From the IMG/VR virus record IMGVR_UViG_3300010885_082162, positions 1-64,000 of that record: a stretch of 64,000 nt of DNA. One strand, given 5' to 3'. Shown one piece after another: positions 19,184 through 29,449 of the stretch; the stretch's first letter is position 1; every line of letters begins with the position of its first letter. The notes under the pieces are model-generated. The model did no database searches. It saw only the letters and a program-made list of their open reading frames with translations, and had not been told where the DNA came from. Position numbers and translations under genes: made by a program. The DNA is from a virus. Taxonomy: Duplodnaviria > Caudoviricetes.

Positions 19184-19861
19184 ATGAACTATAAGAGAGA
19201 TAAAAATTTCCCTATTTCTTGGACAGAGTGGGACGAATGTCAAAAATATGAGTTAGACTCGTGGAGTTACAACTTAAATAACCCAGAGCTTTTTTTAGGA
19301 ATTGAGAACCATATCTTTATCGGTGGATTTATGGGTCTTGAGTTTGAAGATAACAAAGTATCAAATGCAAGAGGTAAAAGAATTATTGAGTATGGAGCCG
19401 GTGTTGTTGGCTATACTGTTAGATCAGATAATTTAGGTCCATCATTTGCTGTTGAACCGCTTAATATGCCGCAGTGGGTGAAAGATAGATACGAGCAACA
19501 TAACATAAAATTTATTCAAGCGCCGGGGGAGATTGTTAATTTGGATTTTCTTGGCCTAACTGAAAAACTTGATGAGTCGTGGATGGCTGGTGTTTTACAA
19601 CACGTCTTGGACCCAATTGCAATATTAGAAAATATGGCAAATACTGCTAATTTAGTGAGAATTAGTGAATGGGTTGATCTTCCTCCGCACGAAGGGCATC
19701 CATGGACTGTAACTGAAGATATGATTACTTCGACTCTAGACAAGCTTGGGTCTAGAATAAAAGTTGAAAAAGTTTTTGTTGACCAAATGTGTCACACTCA
19801 ACTAAGGGGCTGGTTAGTAAATGTGATTTACGATACATCGGCGTCAAATAAAAAACTTTGA
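19184..19861 (+). CDS. Putative class I SAM-dependent methyltransferase
   Basis: IIEYGAG motif I, AVEP, GE, VLQHVLDP. Confidence 0.65.
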   Translation: MNYKRDKNFPISWTEWDECQKYELDSWSYNLNNPELFLGIENHIFIGGFMGLEFEDNKVSNARGKRIIEYGAGVVGYTVRSDNLGPSFAVEPLNMPQWVKDRYEQHNIKFIQAPGEIVNLDFLGLTEKLDESWMAGVLQHVLDPIAILENMANTANLVRISEWVDLPPHEGHPWTVTEDMITSTLDKLGSRIKVEKVFVDQMCHTQLRGWLVNVIYDTSASNKKL

Positions 19862-19866
19862 TTTAA

Positions 19867-20883
19867 ATGACAATGAATTTAAAGTACACAAAAGTAATAG
19901 TTTGGGGATACCCACTTCATACACACACACAATCTTACACGCATGCAATGTGGCATAGAGTTTTTTCTCATTTAGGATTTAAGTCATATTGGTTTGATGA
20001 CGAAAATTATCCTAAAGACTTTGACTACAGTAATTCTATTTTTATCACAGAAGGGTGGGGCGATAAGAATATTCCTGTAAATGACTCTAGTATATATTTC
20101 GTTAATTTTGGTATTAATCCAAAAAAATACCTTGACCGAGGAGCAAAATTTGTCGACATTAGGCTGAACGTTGATCATATTAATGATTTAAACTATTCAT
20201 ATGAATTGGACAGAAACAAAACAGAAAAATTAGGAGAGTGCGCATTTTTTCTAAAGAATGCTAATGACTCTGCTATATCTGAGCAATTTAGAACAGGCGT
20301 TGAAAACTACAGCGCTGTTTATCTTTCTTGGGCAACTGACAAGCTTCCTCATGAGTTTAACTTTGATGATAGGTTTATTAGTCGTGAAAATGGCTGCTTT
20401 TATATTGGATCAGTTGGAGAAAATAACGTTAATCAAATAATGTTATTTAATAAAGCCCTTCAAGAGTTTGGAGTACCTCTTTATCATGTAGATCCATGGA
20501 AATCACCTGTATCTTTTGAAGATGCAATTAAATTAACACAGAGGTCTTTTATAGCACCTGACATAAGAGGTAGTTTTTTAAGAAAGGATGTTAACGGAAA
20601 GCCTGATACAGGAGTTGATCATAAAAAAATTGGTTACATACCTTGTAGAACTTTTAAAAATATTAGTTATGGGCAAGTTGGAGCAACTAACTCTAAAGCA
20701 GTTAAAGATTTATTTGGAGAATTGATTTTATACAGCGATAATGAATATGAAATGGCTTACATAGCAAAAGAAAAATCAAAAGACTACGACTACATCTTAG
20801 AACAAATGAAATATGTTCAAGCTAATCATACATTTGTGAATAGAGCTGAAGCTTTACTTCAAGTCATAGAAAGGATTCAGTAG
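19867..20883 (+). CDS. Putative glycosyltransferase (GT-B, CgeB/YkvP-like C-terminus)
   Basis: YIPCRTFKNISYG and VQANHTFVNR resemble the 'R.FE....G' and 'HTY..R' motifs. Glycan-cluster context. Confidence 0.55.
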   Translation: MTMNLKYTKVIVWGYPLHTHTQSYTHAMWHRVFSHLGFKSYWFDDENYPKDFDYSNSIFITEGWGDKNIPVNDSSIYFVNFGINPKKYLDRGAKFVDIRLNVDHINDLNYSYELDRNKTEKLGECAFFLKNANDSAISEQFRTGVENYSAVYLSWATDKLPHEFNFDDRFISRENGCFYIGSVGENNVNQIMLFNKALQEFGVPLYHVDPWKSPVSFEDAIKLTQRSFIAPDIRGSFLRKDVNGKPDTGVDHKKIGYIPCRTFKNISYGQVGATNSKAVKDLFGELILYSDNEYEMAYIAKEKSKDYDYILEQMKYVQANHTFVNRAEALLQVIERIQ

Positions 20884-20887
20884 ATAT

Positions 20888-21649
20888 ATGACAGATTTAG
20901 GTATGTTCTTTACAGCCTACAAAGAAGGTAAAGCTGTAGATTTTTCTATAAGCACATTTTATGAGTTTTATCCTAATAGACCTGCATTTATCTACTCTGA
21001 AGGGGACGATTTTTCATACCTACAAGAGAAGTACAGCAGTCTAACATGTAAAGTTGTAGATGACGCCATGGCCAGCTGGCTTGTGAGAAATGTCAATTCT
21101 AACAATTTTAGACAAGTAGAAATTCAAAAAAAAATTAAAGACTATCTTGATATTGCAATTTCAAGGCACGTAGAAGCAACTATTAAGTGTAATACAGAAT
21201 ACATGTTATGCTCACAACCGGACGTTATGCTTCGTGGAAAATTAACTATCCCAAACAGTGTTTCTATGCTACAGTCTCACGTTAATCATTACGCGTCTAG
21301 GCCGGATGGAAGCTGTATTCAAAAATTTTTAAGTAAAATACCAGGATCAGCAAATTTTGAATGGTGGGGATATCCACAAATTTTTTCTTCAAAATCTTTT
21401 CTTAAAGGTGTTGATGTTGTCTATAAAAATAAAGAACTATTTCATGATCTTCTCATGACAGATGAAAGAGTACATCATAGCGATATTTGGCTACCAGTAT
21501 TTTTAGCTGCTGCCGGATATCATTCTGTTCATAATCCAGAAGTCGTCGAATGTTTGCGCGATTCAAGTTGGAGAATTAGCAGTCACAAGCTTGTTCACCA
21601 GTTTAGAGACTATTATCCAAAATCTGGCTATGATGGATTTCATGCATAG
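20888..21649 (+). CDS. Putative GT-A glycosyltransferase-like protein
   Basis: N-terminal MFFTAYKE strand and TEYMLCSQPDV at the DXD position. Context only. Confidence 0.45.
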   Translation: MTDLGMFFTAYKEGKAVDFSISTFYEFYPNRPAFIYSEGDDFSYLQEKYSSLTCKVVDDAMASWLVRNVNSNNFRQVEIQKKIKDYLDIAISRHVEATIKCNTEYMLCSQPDVMLRGKLTIPNSVSMLQSHVNHYASRPDGSCIQKFLSKIPGSANFEWWGYPQIFSSKSFLKGVDVVYKNKELFHDLLMTDERVHHSDIWLPVFLAAAGYHSVHNPEVVECLRDSSWRISSHKLVHQFRDYYPKSGYDGFHA

Positions 21650-22427
21650 CAGTCTATTAAAAAATGACTTAATAATTGGTGAAAGCTCTCAGATATCCAA
21701 TTACATGTCCTCAGAACTAGTAAGAGTGTCTTCTAGAAATATACCCAATCATATTTATCAGACTAATTGGGAAAGAGTTTACATCTGTTTTGCAGAACAA
21801 AGAACAGTAAATGCGCATGATATAGCTTTTAAAGAAGAGTTTAATAAAATTAATGTTGACTTAACGCTAGAAGTTGCAAAAAAAATTAATGCAAAAGAAA
21901 TTGTATATTTTTCAACTGTAGAACTTTGGAGTAATTGTTCCGGAGCTATTAGCTTAAATACGGACTTTGACTTTGAAGAAAACTATTACACTATTTCAAA
22001 ATACAAAGCTGCTAAAATTTTAAAAGAAATAGAAAATGTAATAATTTTATATCCTTTCAATTTTAATTCAAGATACAGAAGTTCTAATTTCTTAATGGGC
22101 AAGATTTTTCAGTCATTGCTTTGTAAAAAAAAGATAGAAGTTGGAAATCTAGACTGGAATAGAGATATTTTACACGCTAAATGGGTTGCTAGTCAGGCTG
22201 AAATTACAAAACAATCACAGATTATAGGGTCCGGTACCTATTTTAATGTCAGAGAGTATGCTAAAGATCTCTATAAAAAATTTAATATGAACTATGAAGA
22301 ATATGTCTTTGAGTCTAGTCAAAGCTCTCAAAAAAAATTAACGTATCTTAGCTCAGAAAAAATTCTTTATTCATACGATCAGCTTCTCTCTGATACATTA
22401 CTAGACTTAAAGCAGGCTTATCTCTAA
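21642..22427 (+). CDS. NAD-dependent epimerase/dehydratase-like SDR (degenerate Gly-rich loop)
   Basis: YFSTVELW, YTISK (YxxxK), RDILH. Start probably 21642 rather than the track's 21591. Confidence 0.7.
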   Translation: MHSSLLKNDLIIGESSQISNYMSSELVRVSSRNIPNHIYQTNWERVYICFAEQRTVNAHDIAFKEEFNKINVDLTLEVAKKINAKEIVYFSTVELWSNCSGAISLNTDFDFEENYYTISKYKAAKILKEIENVIILYPFNFNSRYRSSNFLMGKIFQSLLCKKKIEVGNLDWNRDILHAKWVASQAEITKQSQIIGSGTYFNVREYAKDLYKKFNMNYEEYVFESSQSSQKKLTYLSSEKILYSYDQLLSDTLLDLKQAYL

Positions 22428-22472
22428 ATCTCTAATACACTTTCTATCTAACTTATTATATTTGAGAAAAAC

Positions 22473-22874
22473 ATGAATAGAAGATATCTGCCTACGCTAT
22501 CAGAGCTAATTGATAGACTCTCAATTCTTCAGCTAAAAGAAGTCTTTATTACTGAACATAAAAAAGAATATTCAGAAGAAATTAAAGACATTGTTCACGA
22601 TATACAAGAATGTTTAAACGATACAAATACTGTTTTATCTGCTGAAGATGTAAGAGCTATTGTTGTACTTTCACAAATGAATCTTCACATATGGCATAAT
22701 GAGTCAAACTATAGAAAAGGCATTAAAGACGGTAATGATCTAGCGCTTACTCATGGCCTTAATGGAATACGAAATACAGCCAAGAATAAGATTCAAGAGT
22801 CAGCAGCCGGAAGAAAAGATTATAAAATTGACTGTTTAGCAGCAGACTTTAAAGATTGGGAGGTAAGCTGGTGA
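22473..22874 (+). CDS. Small helical protein, DUF6165/DUF4254-like
   Basis: TLSELIDRLSILQLK and NLHIWHNES..R resemble this family (from memory). Confidence 0.55.
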   Translation: MNRRYLPTLSELIDRLSILQLKEVFITEHKKEYSEEIKDIVHDIQECLNDTNTVLSAEDVRAIVVLSQMNLHIWHNESNYRKGIKDGNDLALTHGLNGIRNTAKNKIQESAAGRKDYKIDCLAADFKDWEVSW

Positions 22875-23518
22875 TTATTACATTAAAAGATAAGATTTTA
22901 GAAAGACTAAACTTTTACTCCGATAGATTTTATCAAGAAGGATCTTGTGGAGCTAGACCGAATGGATGTCATTCTATAGAATGCGCTAATAGAAAAAGGC
23001 ATTATACTGACAAAAATCTATACCACTCATATGGTGAATTTTATGCAAGCCTAATAGCAAATTTACTTGGAAGTCAAAAAGAAGAAGACTTTTCAATAAT
23101 GGAATTAGGAACATATTTTGGCGGATCAATTGCTGCGTGGTGCGAATCATTACCACAAGCTTTTGTTTGCGGTATTGATCAAAATCTAGATAGATTATGG
23201 ATCGATCCAAACAACTATCCTAACTTAAAACTAATTTCAGGCAATCATGAAAATCTACTAACATATGAGTCACTAGGAAGTAGAAAATTTGATCTTATAA
23301 TCGACGATGGCTCACACATAGCCGATAATCAAATTAGTAACTTTTCTATACTCAAGAGCAAACTAAAACCAGACGGTGTCTATATTATTGAAGACATTTA
23401 TCCTGAAAACGTCTATCCTGAAAATTTTTTAAATCAATTTGAGCGAGTTGATTTCTCTAAAGACTCTGGTAGGGGAGACGATACACTGCTTGTTTACAAA
23501 CACACTGAGAAAAAATGA
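22871..23518 (+). CDS. Class I SAM-dependent methyltransferase
   Basis: IMELGTYFGGS, GIDQ, FDLIIDDGSH, LKPDGVYIIED. Start probably the GTG at 22871. Confidence 0.85.
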   Translation: MIITLKDKILERLNFYSDRFYQEGSCGARPNGCHSIECANRKRHYTDKNLYHSYGEFYASLIANLLGSQKEEDFSIMELGTYFGGSIAAWCESLPQAFVCGIDQNLDRLWIDPNNYPNLKLISGNHENLLTYESLGSRKFDLIIDDGSHIADNQISNFSILKSKLKPDGVYIIEDIYPENVYPENFLNQFERVDFSKDSGRGDDTLLVYKHTEKK

Positions 23519-24042
23519 ATAAAAGAGCATTAATATTAACATATGAAAGTTACCAAGACCATGAGGTCATCTATCCATACTATCGACTAACAGAAGATGA
23601 GTATGATGTTGAAATTATGTCTAACAAACAGGGAAGATTTTATGGCATATTAGGAACATATATGAACGGAACTCATCTACTAAGTGATCTGTCTGATGCA
23701 AGCAAAAGAGAAAACTTTTTTAAGTATGACTTACTTGTAATTCCGGGCGGAGTCAAAGCGCTAGAGTATCTTAGGCAAGAAAAAGATGTTCTCGACTTTA
23801 TTAATGAGTGGGATAAGAGAAAAAAAGTCATAGCTTGTATTTGTCATGGCGCTCAACTTTTAATTTCTTCAAAAGTTGTTGAGGGAAGACAGATCTCTGG
23901 GTACTATAGTATTAAGGATGATATTAACAACGCAGGCGCAATATATGTTGATGCGCCCTTTGTTGTCTCTGACAATATTGTCACATCTCCGCATTATAAG
24001 CACATGGGTCCTTGGATGAAAAAAGCGATCAGCATGGTGTGA
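23515..24042 (+). CDS. DJ-1/PfpI family protein
   Basis: QDHEVIYPYYRL, VIPGG, ICHG nucleophile elbow. Confidence 0.9.
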   Translation: MNKRALILTYESYQDHEVIYPYYRLTEDEYDVEIMSNKQGRFYGILGTYMNGTHLLSDLSDASKRENFFKYDLLVIPGGVKALEYLRQEKDVLDFINEWDKRKKVIACICHGAQLLISSKVVEGRQISGYYSIKDDINNAGAIYVDAPFVVSDNIVTSPHYKHMGPWMKKAISMV

Positions 24043-24043
24043 T

Positions 24044-24718
24044 ATGAGTTATAAGACGAATATTGTTAAGAAACCATGGGGCTATGAATATCTAGCATAT
24101 GAAAATGAAAATGTAGCTTTGTGGTTTCTTAGTATTTTAAGGGACCAAAAAACTTCAATGCACTGTCACCCAAATAAAACTACGGGCCTGATGGTAATTG
24201 ATGGAGATGCAGAAGTTTCTTTCTTATCTAATAAGTTAAGTCTATCTACAAAAGAAAAGACAATGATAAGAAAAGGACTTTTTCATTCTACACATGCAAT
24301 TGGTTCTAATTTATGCATATTTGAAATTGAAACACCTGTCAACAAGCACGACCTTGTTAGACTTGAAGACAAATATGGAAGAACAGGTCAACCTTATGAA
24401 GATGAATCAAATGAATTACCAAAAGCAAGTGAATGTATTTGGATTGACGAACCAGTTAAAGGATTGAGTAATTTCTATAATCTTGGTGGAAAAAAAATAG
24501 CTGTTCATCACATTGATAGCATGCAACATATGCAAAGTCTATTAGCACAAACTAACTCACACATTATGTTTTTAAGAGGAGGTCTCTTAACAGCATATGA
24601 CATTAATGTTGCAGGTCCCGGTGATATTGTGACCAAAGACGTCTTAGAAAAATTGTTAAAAGTTTTTTCTAATATGTCTAATAACACGATTGTTTTAACC
24701 CATGAAGGTAACTTTTAA
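24044..24718 (+). CDS. Cupin protein (type II mannose-6-phosphate isomerase C-terminal-like)
   Basis: KKPWG, TSMHCH, FHST, DLVRLEDKYGR. Confidence 0.8.
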   Translation: MSYKTNIVKKPWGYEYLAYENENVALWFLSILRDQKTSMHCHPNKTTGLMVIDGDAEVSFLSNKLSLSTKEKTMIRKGLFHSTHAIGSNLCIFEIETPVNKHDLVRLEDKYGRTGQPYEDESNELPKASECIWIDEPVKGLSNFYNLGGKKIAVHHIDSMQHMQSLLAQTNSHIMFLRGGLLTAYDINVAGPGDIVTKDVLEKLLKVFSNMSNNTIVLTHEGNF

Positions 24719-24720
24719 TT

Positions 24721-25107
24721 ATGAAAGATTTCCCACCAGGATTTGAAAATGAGTCAAACAATATTGCAATTGACTTTGATGGTGTAATACACGATTTTAG
24801 TAAAGGTTTTTATGATGGAACATGCTATGGAGAACCCTTACCTGGATCAATTGAGTCAATCAAGAAACTATCTAAAAAGTTTAATATTGTTATCTTTACC
24901 GCAAAAGCTAAACCAAGTAGGCCTCTTATTCAAGGAAAAACAGGAAAAGAGCATGTAGAAGACTGGCTTAAAAAGCATGAAATATTTTCTCTAGTAAAAG
25001 AAGTAACATCTGAAAAACCAAGAGCTTTTCTGTACATTGATGATAAAGGTTATAGATTTAGCAACTGGGATGATGCCTTGCTTTTTATAGAAAAAAATTA
25101 TGAGTGA
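24721..25107 (+). CDS. HAD-family phosphatase
   Basis: IAIDFDGVI, IFT, EKP...YIDDK. Confidence 0.8.
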   Translation: MKDFPPGFENESNNIAIDFDGVIHDFSKGFYDGTCYGEPLPGSIESIKKLSKKFNIVIFTAKAKPSRPLIQGKTGKEHVEDWLKKHEIFSLVKEVTSEKPRAFLYIDDKGYRFSNWDDALLFIEKNYE

Positions 25108-25933
25108 ATACAGTCTAAATGTATTTAAGCGAGCTTCGCTTTGCAGAAATTTTGAGAAAAAAGTTTTTGATCTTATAAAACTCAATACTTTTAAATTTCC
25201 AATTTATCTGTCTGCAGGCCAAGAATATATTGCAGCTTCAATTGCTGAATGTTTATCTTTGGCAAAGATTAATCCTAATATCTTTATTCAACACAGAGGA
25301 CATTCAACTTATCTATCTTTTGAAGCGCCCATAGAAGAATTAATTGATGAACTTTTAGGAAGAAAAACAGGTTGTTCAAATGGCATGGGTGGATCTGCTT
25401 CAATTCAGTCTAGACTTAAAAATATTTATGGTCACGATGGTCTGATGGGAAGTCAAGTCCCAATCGCAGTTGGGCACTGTTATTCAACAAAAAAACCTAC
25501 TATAGTTTTTATGGGTGATGCCTCTGCAGAAGAAGACTATGTTTTAGGTGCACTTGGCTGGGCGGCTACTAAAAAACTACCAATATTATTTGTTGTTGAG
25601 GATAACAATCTTTCAATTCTCACAGAGAAAAAAGTTAGAAGAAGTTGGGAGATGGATGATGTTGCTAAATCTTTTGGAATGAATGCGTTTAATATAAATG
25701 ATGATCCGCACGAGATTCAAGAAGCTTTGACATCTGTGTTTGCTAGCCCGTTGCTTATAAACGTCAATACGCATAGAAAATATTGGCATGCTGGTGCAGG
25801 TATTGATGACGAAACTATCTATGACCGCTATGAAAATGAAATGAAGACATTAGGCATCAAGGCACAAGAAATACATGAAAAAACACGTCTACATGTAGAG
25901 GAATTATGGCAAAGAACGTTAGAGAAACAATAA
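25100..25933 (+). CDS. TPP-dependent dehydrogenase E1 alpha-like subunit (short form)
   Basis: LSAGQE, HRGH, GCSNGMGGS, GDASAEE...EDNN TPP motif. Confidence 0.9.
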   Translation: MSEYSLNVFKRASLCRNFEKKVFDLIKLNTFKFPIYLSAGQEYIAASIAECLSLAKINPNIFIQHRGHSTYLSFEAPIEELIDELLGRKTGCSNGMGGSASIQSRLKNIYGHDGLMGSQVPIAVGHCYSTKKPTIVFMGDASAEEDYVLGALGWAATKKLPILFVVEDNNLSILTEKKVRRSWEMDDVAKSFGMNAFNINDDPHEIQEALTSVFASPLLINVNTHRKYWHAGAGIDDETIYDRYENEMKTLGIKAQEIHEKTRLHVEELWQRTLEKQ

Positions 25934-26817
25934 AGTCTCTTACTAAGAAACATCTAGAAAGCGGAAAAAGATGTTTTGGGCAGTGTCTAACAGCTGTTGG
26001 ATGGGTTGGCGGAACACTACCAGAGCTATATGAAGAAGACGGAATGGTTGAACTTTCGATGGCCGATGTCTCAGGAGGTTCTATTGTTACAGGAATTGCG
26101 CTTGCAGGTGAAAGACCAATTTACGTTGTTAGATATCAGGGTTTTCAATGGTATAACGCACCGTCAATTGTTAACTATGCTGCCAAGTCAAAAGAAATAT
26201 GGGGAATACCCTGCCCTATCTTTGTCAGGAGTATTGCGATGGAAGGTGGCGTAGGACCAGTTGCTGGCTCTTCACATCATTCACTATATGATAGAATGCC
26301 AGGTTTAAAAATTGCTGCACCCATGACCCCACTTGAGTATGAAAAAGTTTATGACTCTTTCATGAAAGATGACGTACCATATTACGTTTCAGAGCATAAA
26401 AAAAGTTATGATAATTGTGAAGAACTCGAAGATGAAATACATGAAAATTCCGACATAGTATTATTTCCAATATCAATTACAAGATTTTCAGCAAAAGATG
26501 CAAAACTAAAATTAGAAGAGCTAGGATACACTGTAAGTATCGTTCATCAATTATGGATAAAACCTTTTACTGGGAAGCAAAAATCGGTAGATGCATTAAA
26601 AAACTCAAAAGCAGGTTTAGTAATTGATGATGACTACGCTCAAGGAGTTGCTACAAATATCGCTCATCAGCTTATGTTATCATCTAAAAAAACAGTTGAT
26701 GTTTTAGGCTTAGAAGAAAGAACAGCGGGTTTTCATCCAAGCGTTGACTTATTTCCACCAAGCTCTGAAAACATAATCAATAAATGTCTAGAGTTACTAT
26801 CAACTAAATTAACATGA
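25906..26817 (+). CDS. TPP-dependent dehydrogenase E1 beta / transketolase C-terminal-like subunit
   Basis: IVNYAAK, P+FVR, MPGLKIAAPMTP, SEHK, WIKP. Adjacent to the alpha subunit. Confidence 0.88.
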   Translation: MAKNVRETIKSLTKKHLESGKRCFGQCLTAVGWVGGTLPELYEEDGMVELSMADVSGGSIVTGIALAGERPIYVVRYQGFQWYNAPSIVNYAAKSKEIWGIPCPIFVRSIAMEGGVGPVAGSSHHSLYDRMPGLKIAAPMTPLEYEKVYDSFMKDDVPYYVSEHKKSYDNCEELEDEIHENSDIVLFPISITRFSAKDAKLKLEELGYTVSIVHQLWIKPFTGKQKSVDALKNSKAGLVIDDDYAQGVATNIAHQLMLSSKKTVDVLGLEERTAGFHPSVDLFPPSSENIINKCLELLSTKLT

Positions 26818-27296
26818 TATTTTCTGATGTCAAAGAGTATGAAGCAAGTTATTACAGTGACTACAGAGGAGACTTGTGGACACTGTGGAAAGAGGATGAA
26901 ACATATCCATCTATTAAATTTAATCATGACAAAGTTTCAACATCAAGAAAGAATGTGTTAAGAGGCATTCACGGTGATTTTAAGTCAACTAAATTGGTAA
27001 CATGTTTGTTTGGAGAAATTTATTTTGTAGTTGTTGATAACCGTCCAGACTCACCTACATTTAAAAAGTGGGATTGGACTATGCTAAGTGATAAGAACAA
27101 GAAATCTATACTACTTCCACCTGGTTTCGGCAATGGATTTCTTGCAATGAGTAAACATTCTGTATTCCACTATAAATGGTCTTATGAGGGATCGTATCCT
27201 GATGTTGATGAGCAATTTACTATTAAATGGAATGATTCTACTATCGGAATTGACTGGCCGATTTTAAATCCAATTTTACAAAAAAGAGACAAGTGA
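26814..27296 (+). CDS. rmlC: dTDP-4-dehydrorhamnose 3,5-epimerase family
   Basis: DYRG, VLRGIH, KLVTCLFGEIYFVVVDNR..SPTF..W, PGFGNGF, IKWND..IGIDWP. Confidence 0.9.
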   Translation: MIFSDVKEYEASYYSDYRGDLWTLWKEDETYPSIKFNHDKVSTSRKNVLRGIHGDFKSTKLVTCLFGEIYFVVVDNRPDSPTFKKWDWTMLSDKNKKSILLPPGFGNGFLAMSKHSVFHYKWSYEGSYPDVDEQFTIKWNDSTIGIDWPILNPILQKRDK

Positions 27297-27300
27297 CATT

Positions 27301-28482
27301 ATGCAAAACTTTAAATGGCCGCTAATCAATGATAACGTTTCAGACAGCGATAAAAAAGCTTTAATAAAATTTCTTTCTGAGCCTGGTGTAAGACTAACCC
27401 AGGGAAAAAAGGTACAAGAGTTTGAAAAGAAATGGTCCGAGTGGCTCGGTGTTTCTTATAGCGTATTTGTTAACTCGGGTGCCTCCGCAAATTACATTAT
27501 GACTGCAATTTGCCGCGACGTAAAAGGAGTAGGCGAGATAATTGTACCTCCTCTTGGCTGGGTCTCTGATATTGCTGCCGTCGTAAATCTCGGCATGATC
27601 CCTGTATTTGTTGACATCTCAATGGAAAATTTAGCAATTACTGCTGAAAATATTGAAGAGGCAATAACAGAAAATACAAAAGCAATAGTTTTAGTTCATA
27701 CGCTAGGATTTAATGGCATAAATGATAAAATTATTGAAATTGCAAAAAAATACAATTTGATGTTGATTGAAGATTGCTGTGAGTCACATGGAGCAACCTT
27801 CAATGAAAGAAAAGTTGGAACGCTTGGAGATATATCAAATTTTTCATTCTACTTCGGTCATCATATGACTACAATTGAAGGCGGAATGATATGCACAAAT
27901 GATAAAGAACTTTATGATCTTGCTAAACTCTACAGATCACACGGTATGATTCGTGAGCTTGACGAAGAAACTAAAACAAAATACTCAAATGAAAATCCAT
28001 CTCTAAATCCTCTGTTCACTTTCGTAGTGCCTGGATTTAATATGAGGAGCACTGAAATCAATGCAGTAATTGGATTAGAACAGCTAAAACATTTAGACAG
28101 TGCAATTCAAAAAAGAACTAATAATCTTTTAAGCTGGCTTTCTAAGCTTGACTCTAAGCTATTCATTACAGAGTTTCACACATTAGGCAGCAGTAATTTC
28201 TCTCTACCTCTAATTTTGCGTAAACCAAACGAAGATGCTTTTAAAAAGATATGTGATATTCTTGATAGTGAAGGAATTGAATACAGAAAAGGTACAGCCG
28301 GCGGAGGTAATCAAGCACGTCAACCTTACTTAAAAAAGTTTATTCATAAAATTGTAGGAAATTTAAAAACAGTCAATCACGTACACGATTTTGGACTTTA
28401 CATTGGTAATCATTCTGACGTTAATGATGAAGATATTGAAAAAATTTGTCTTAAATTTTCTCAGGAGATTACTAATGTTTAA
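27301..28482 (+). CDS. PLP-dependent ColD-type (GDP-4-keto-6-deoxymannose) 3-dehydratase, DegT/DnrJ fold
   Basis: NSGASAN, EDCCESHGA, SFYFGHHMTTIEGG. His187 (27859-27861) occupies the Schiff-base Lys position, as His188 does in ColD. Confidence 0.85.
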   Translation: MQNFKWPLINDNVSDSDKKALIKFLSEPGVRLTQGKKVQEFEKKWSEWLGVSYSVFVNSGASANYIMTAICRDVKGVGEIIVPPLGWVSDIAAVVNLGMIPVFVDISMENLAITAENIEEAITENTKAIVLVHTLGFNGINDKIIEIAKKYNLMLIEDCCESHGATFNERKVGTLGDISNFSFYFGHHMTTIEGGMICTNDKELYDLAKLYRSHGMIRELDEETKTKYSNENPSLNPLFTFVVPGFNMRSTEINAVIGLEQLKHLDSAIQKRTNNLLSWLSKLDSKLFITEFHTLGSSNFSLPLILRKPNEDAFKKICDILDSEGIEYRKGTAGGGNQARQPYLKKFIHKIVGNLKTVNHVHDFGLYIGNHSDVNDEDIEKICLKFSQEITNV

Positions 28483-29449
28483 AAACAAGAAAGTATTAGT
28501 TACTGGTGGGAATGGGATGATTGGCAGGCATCTCATTGACCTTCTACAAAAGAGGGGAGCAAATATTAGAGTTGCCGACATTAGACAAGCCCCTGATGTA
28601 AAAGGCGTAGAATTTGTCAATGTTGACCTCAGAGACTTTAATTCATGTAAAAAAATATGTGACAATATTGACTACGTCTTTAATTTAGTTGGAATTAAAT
28701 GCTCGCCAAAAGTGTGTATTGAAAGACCTGCTGATATTATGGGCCCAATGCTTCAGTTTAATACAAACATGTTAGAAGCAGCAATGCAAGCAAATATAAA
28801 ATGGTACTTGTATACAAGCACAGTAGGTGTTTATGCACCAGCCGAAGTCTTTCATGAAGATGATGTTTGGTCTTCTCAGCCTTCTAAAAACGACTGGTTT
28901 GGCGGGTGGGCAAAAAGAATGGGTGAACTTCAGTGTCAAGCATATGAAAAACAATTCGGTGAAGGAAAATGCAGCATTGTGAGACCTGCTAATGTTTATG
29001 GTCCATATGATAACTTTGATCTTGAAAGCTCAATGGTCATACCATCATTAATTAGAAAAGCATTTTCAAATGGAAAGCTTTCTGTTTGGGGTGACGGATC
29101 AGCTGTAAGAGACTTTATTCATGCAAAAGATGTTGCAGAAGGTATGATCTTTGCAGTTGAAAATAAGATAACAGATCCTTTAAATTTAGGATCTGGGAGT
29201 GGAGTTACAATAAAAGAAGTTGCAGACTGTGTTGCTGAGATAGTTGGAGTTGATGTAGAGTGGGATCTATCTAAACCAACAGGTGATGCTAAGAGAATTT
29301 TTGATACTAAGCGTGCACAAAAATTAGGTTTTGCACCAAAGATAACAATTAGACAAGGCATAGAAGAAACTGTTAAGTGGTATGTGAAAAATATTCAAGA
29401 AGCGAATACAAGACTTGACACATTTAAGCTCTTAAAAGAAAAAGTTTAA
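28475..29449 (+). CDS. GDP-L-fucose-synthase-like extended SDR (atypical active site)
   Basis: LVTGGNGMIG, NVYGPYDNFD, VWGDGSAVRDFIH. GGWAK in place of YxxxK. Start 28475 with AGGAG upstream. Confidence 0.82.
   Translation: MFKNKKVLVTGGNGMIGRHLIDLLQKRGANIRVADIRQAPDVKGVEFVNVDLRDFNSCKKICDNIDYVFNLVGIKCSPKVCIERPADIMGPMLQFNTNMLEAAMQANIKWYLYTSTVGVYAPAEVFHEDDVWSSQPSKNDWFGGWAKRMGELQCQAYEKQFGEGKCSIVRPANVYGPYDNFDLESSMVIPSLIRKAFSNGKLSVWGDGSAVRDFIHAKDVAEGMIFAVENKITDPLNLGSGSGVTIKEVADCVAEIVGVDVEWDLSKPTGDAKRIFDTKRAQKLGFAPKITIRQGIEETVKWYVKNIQEANTRLDTFKLLKEKV

Noticed and set aside
25100-26817. Pyruvate dehydrogenase as a central-metabolism auxiliary gene
   Set aside because: No E2/E3 in the window, the alpha subunit is short, and the pair is translationally coupled to nucleotide-sugar genes.
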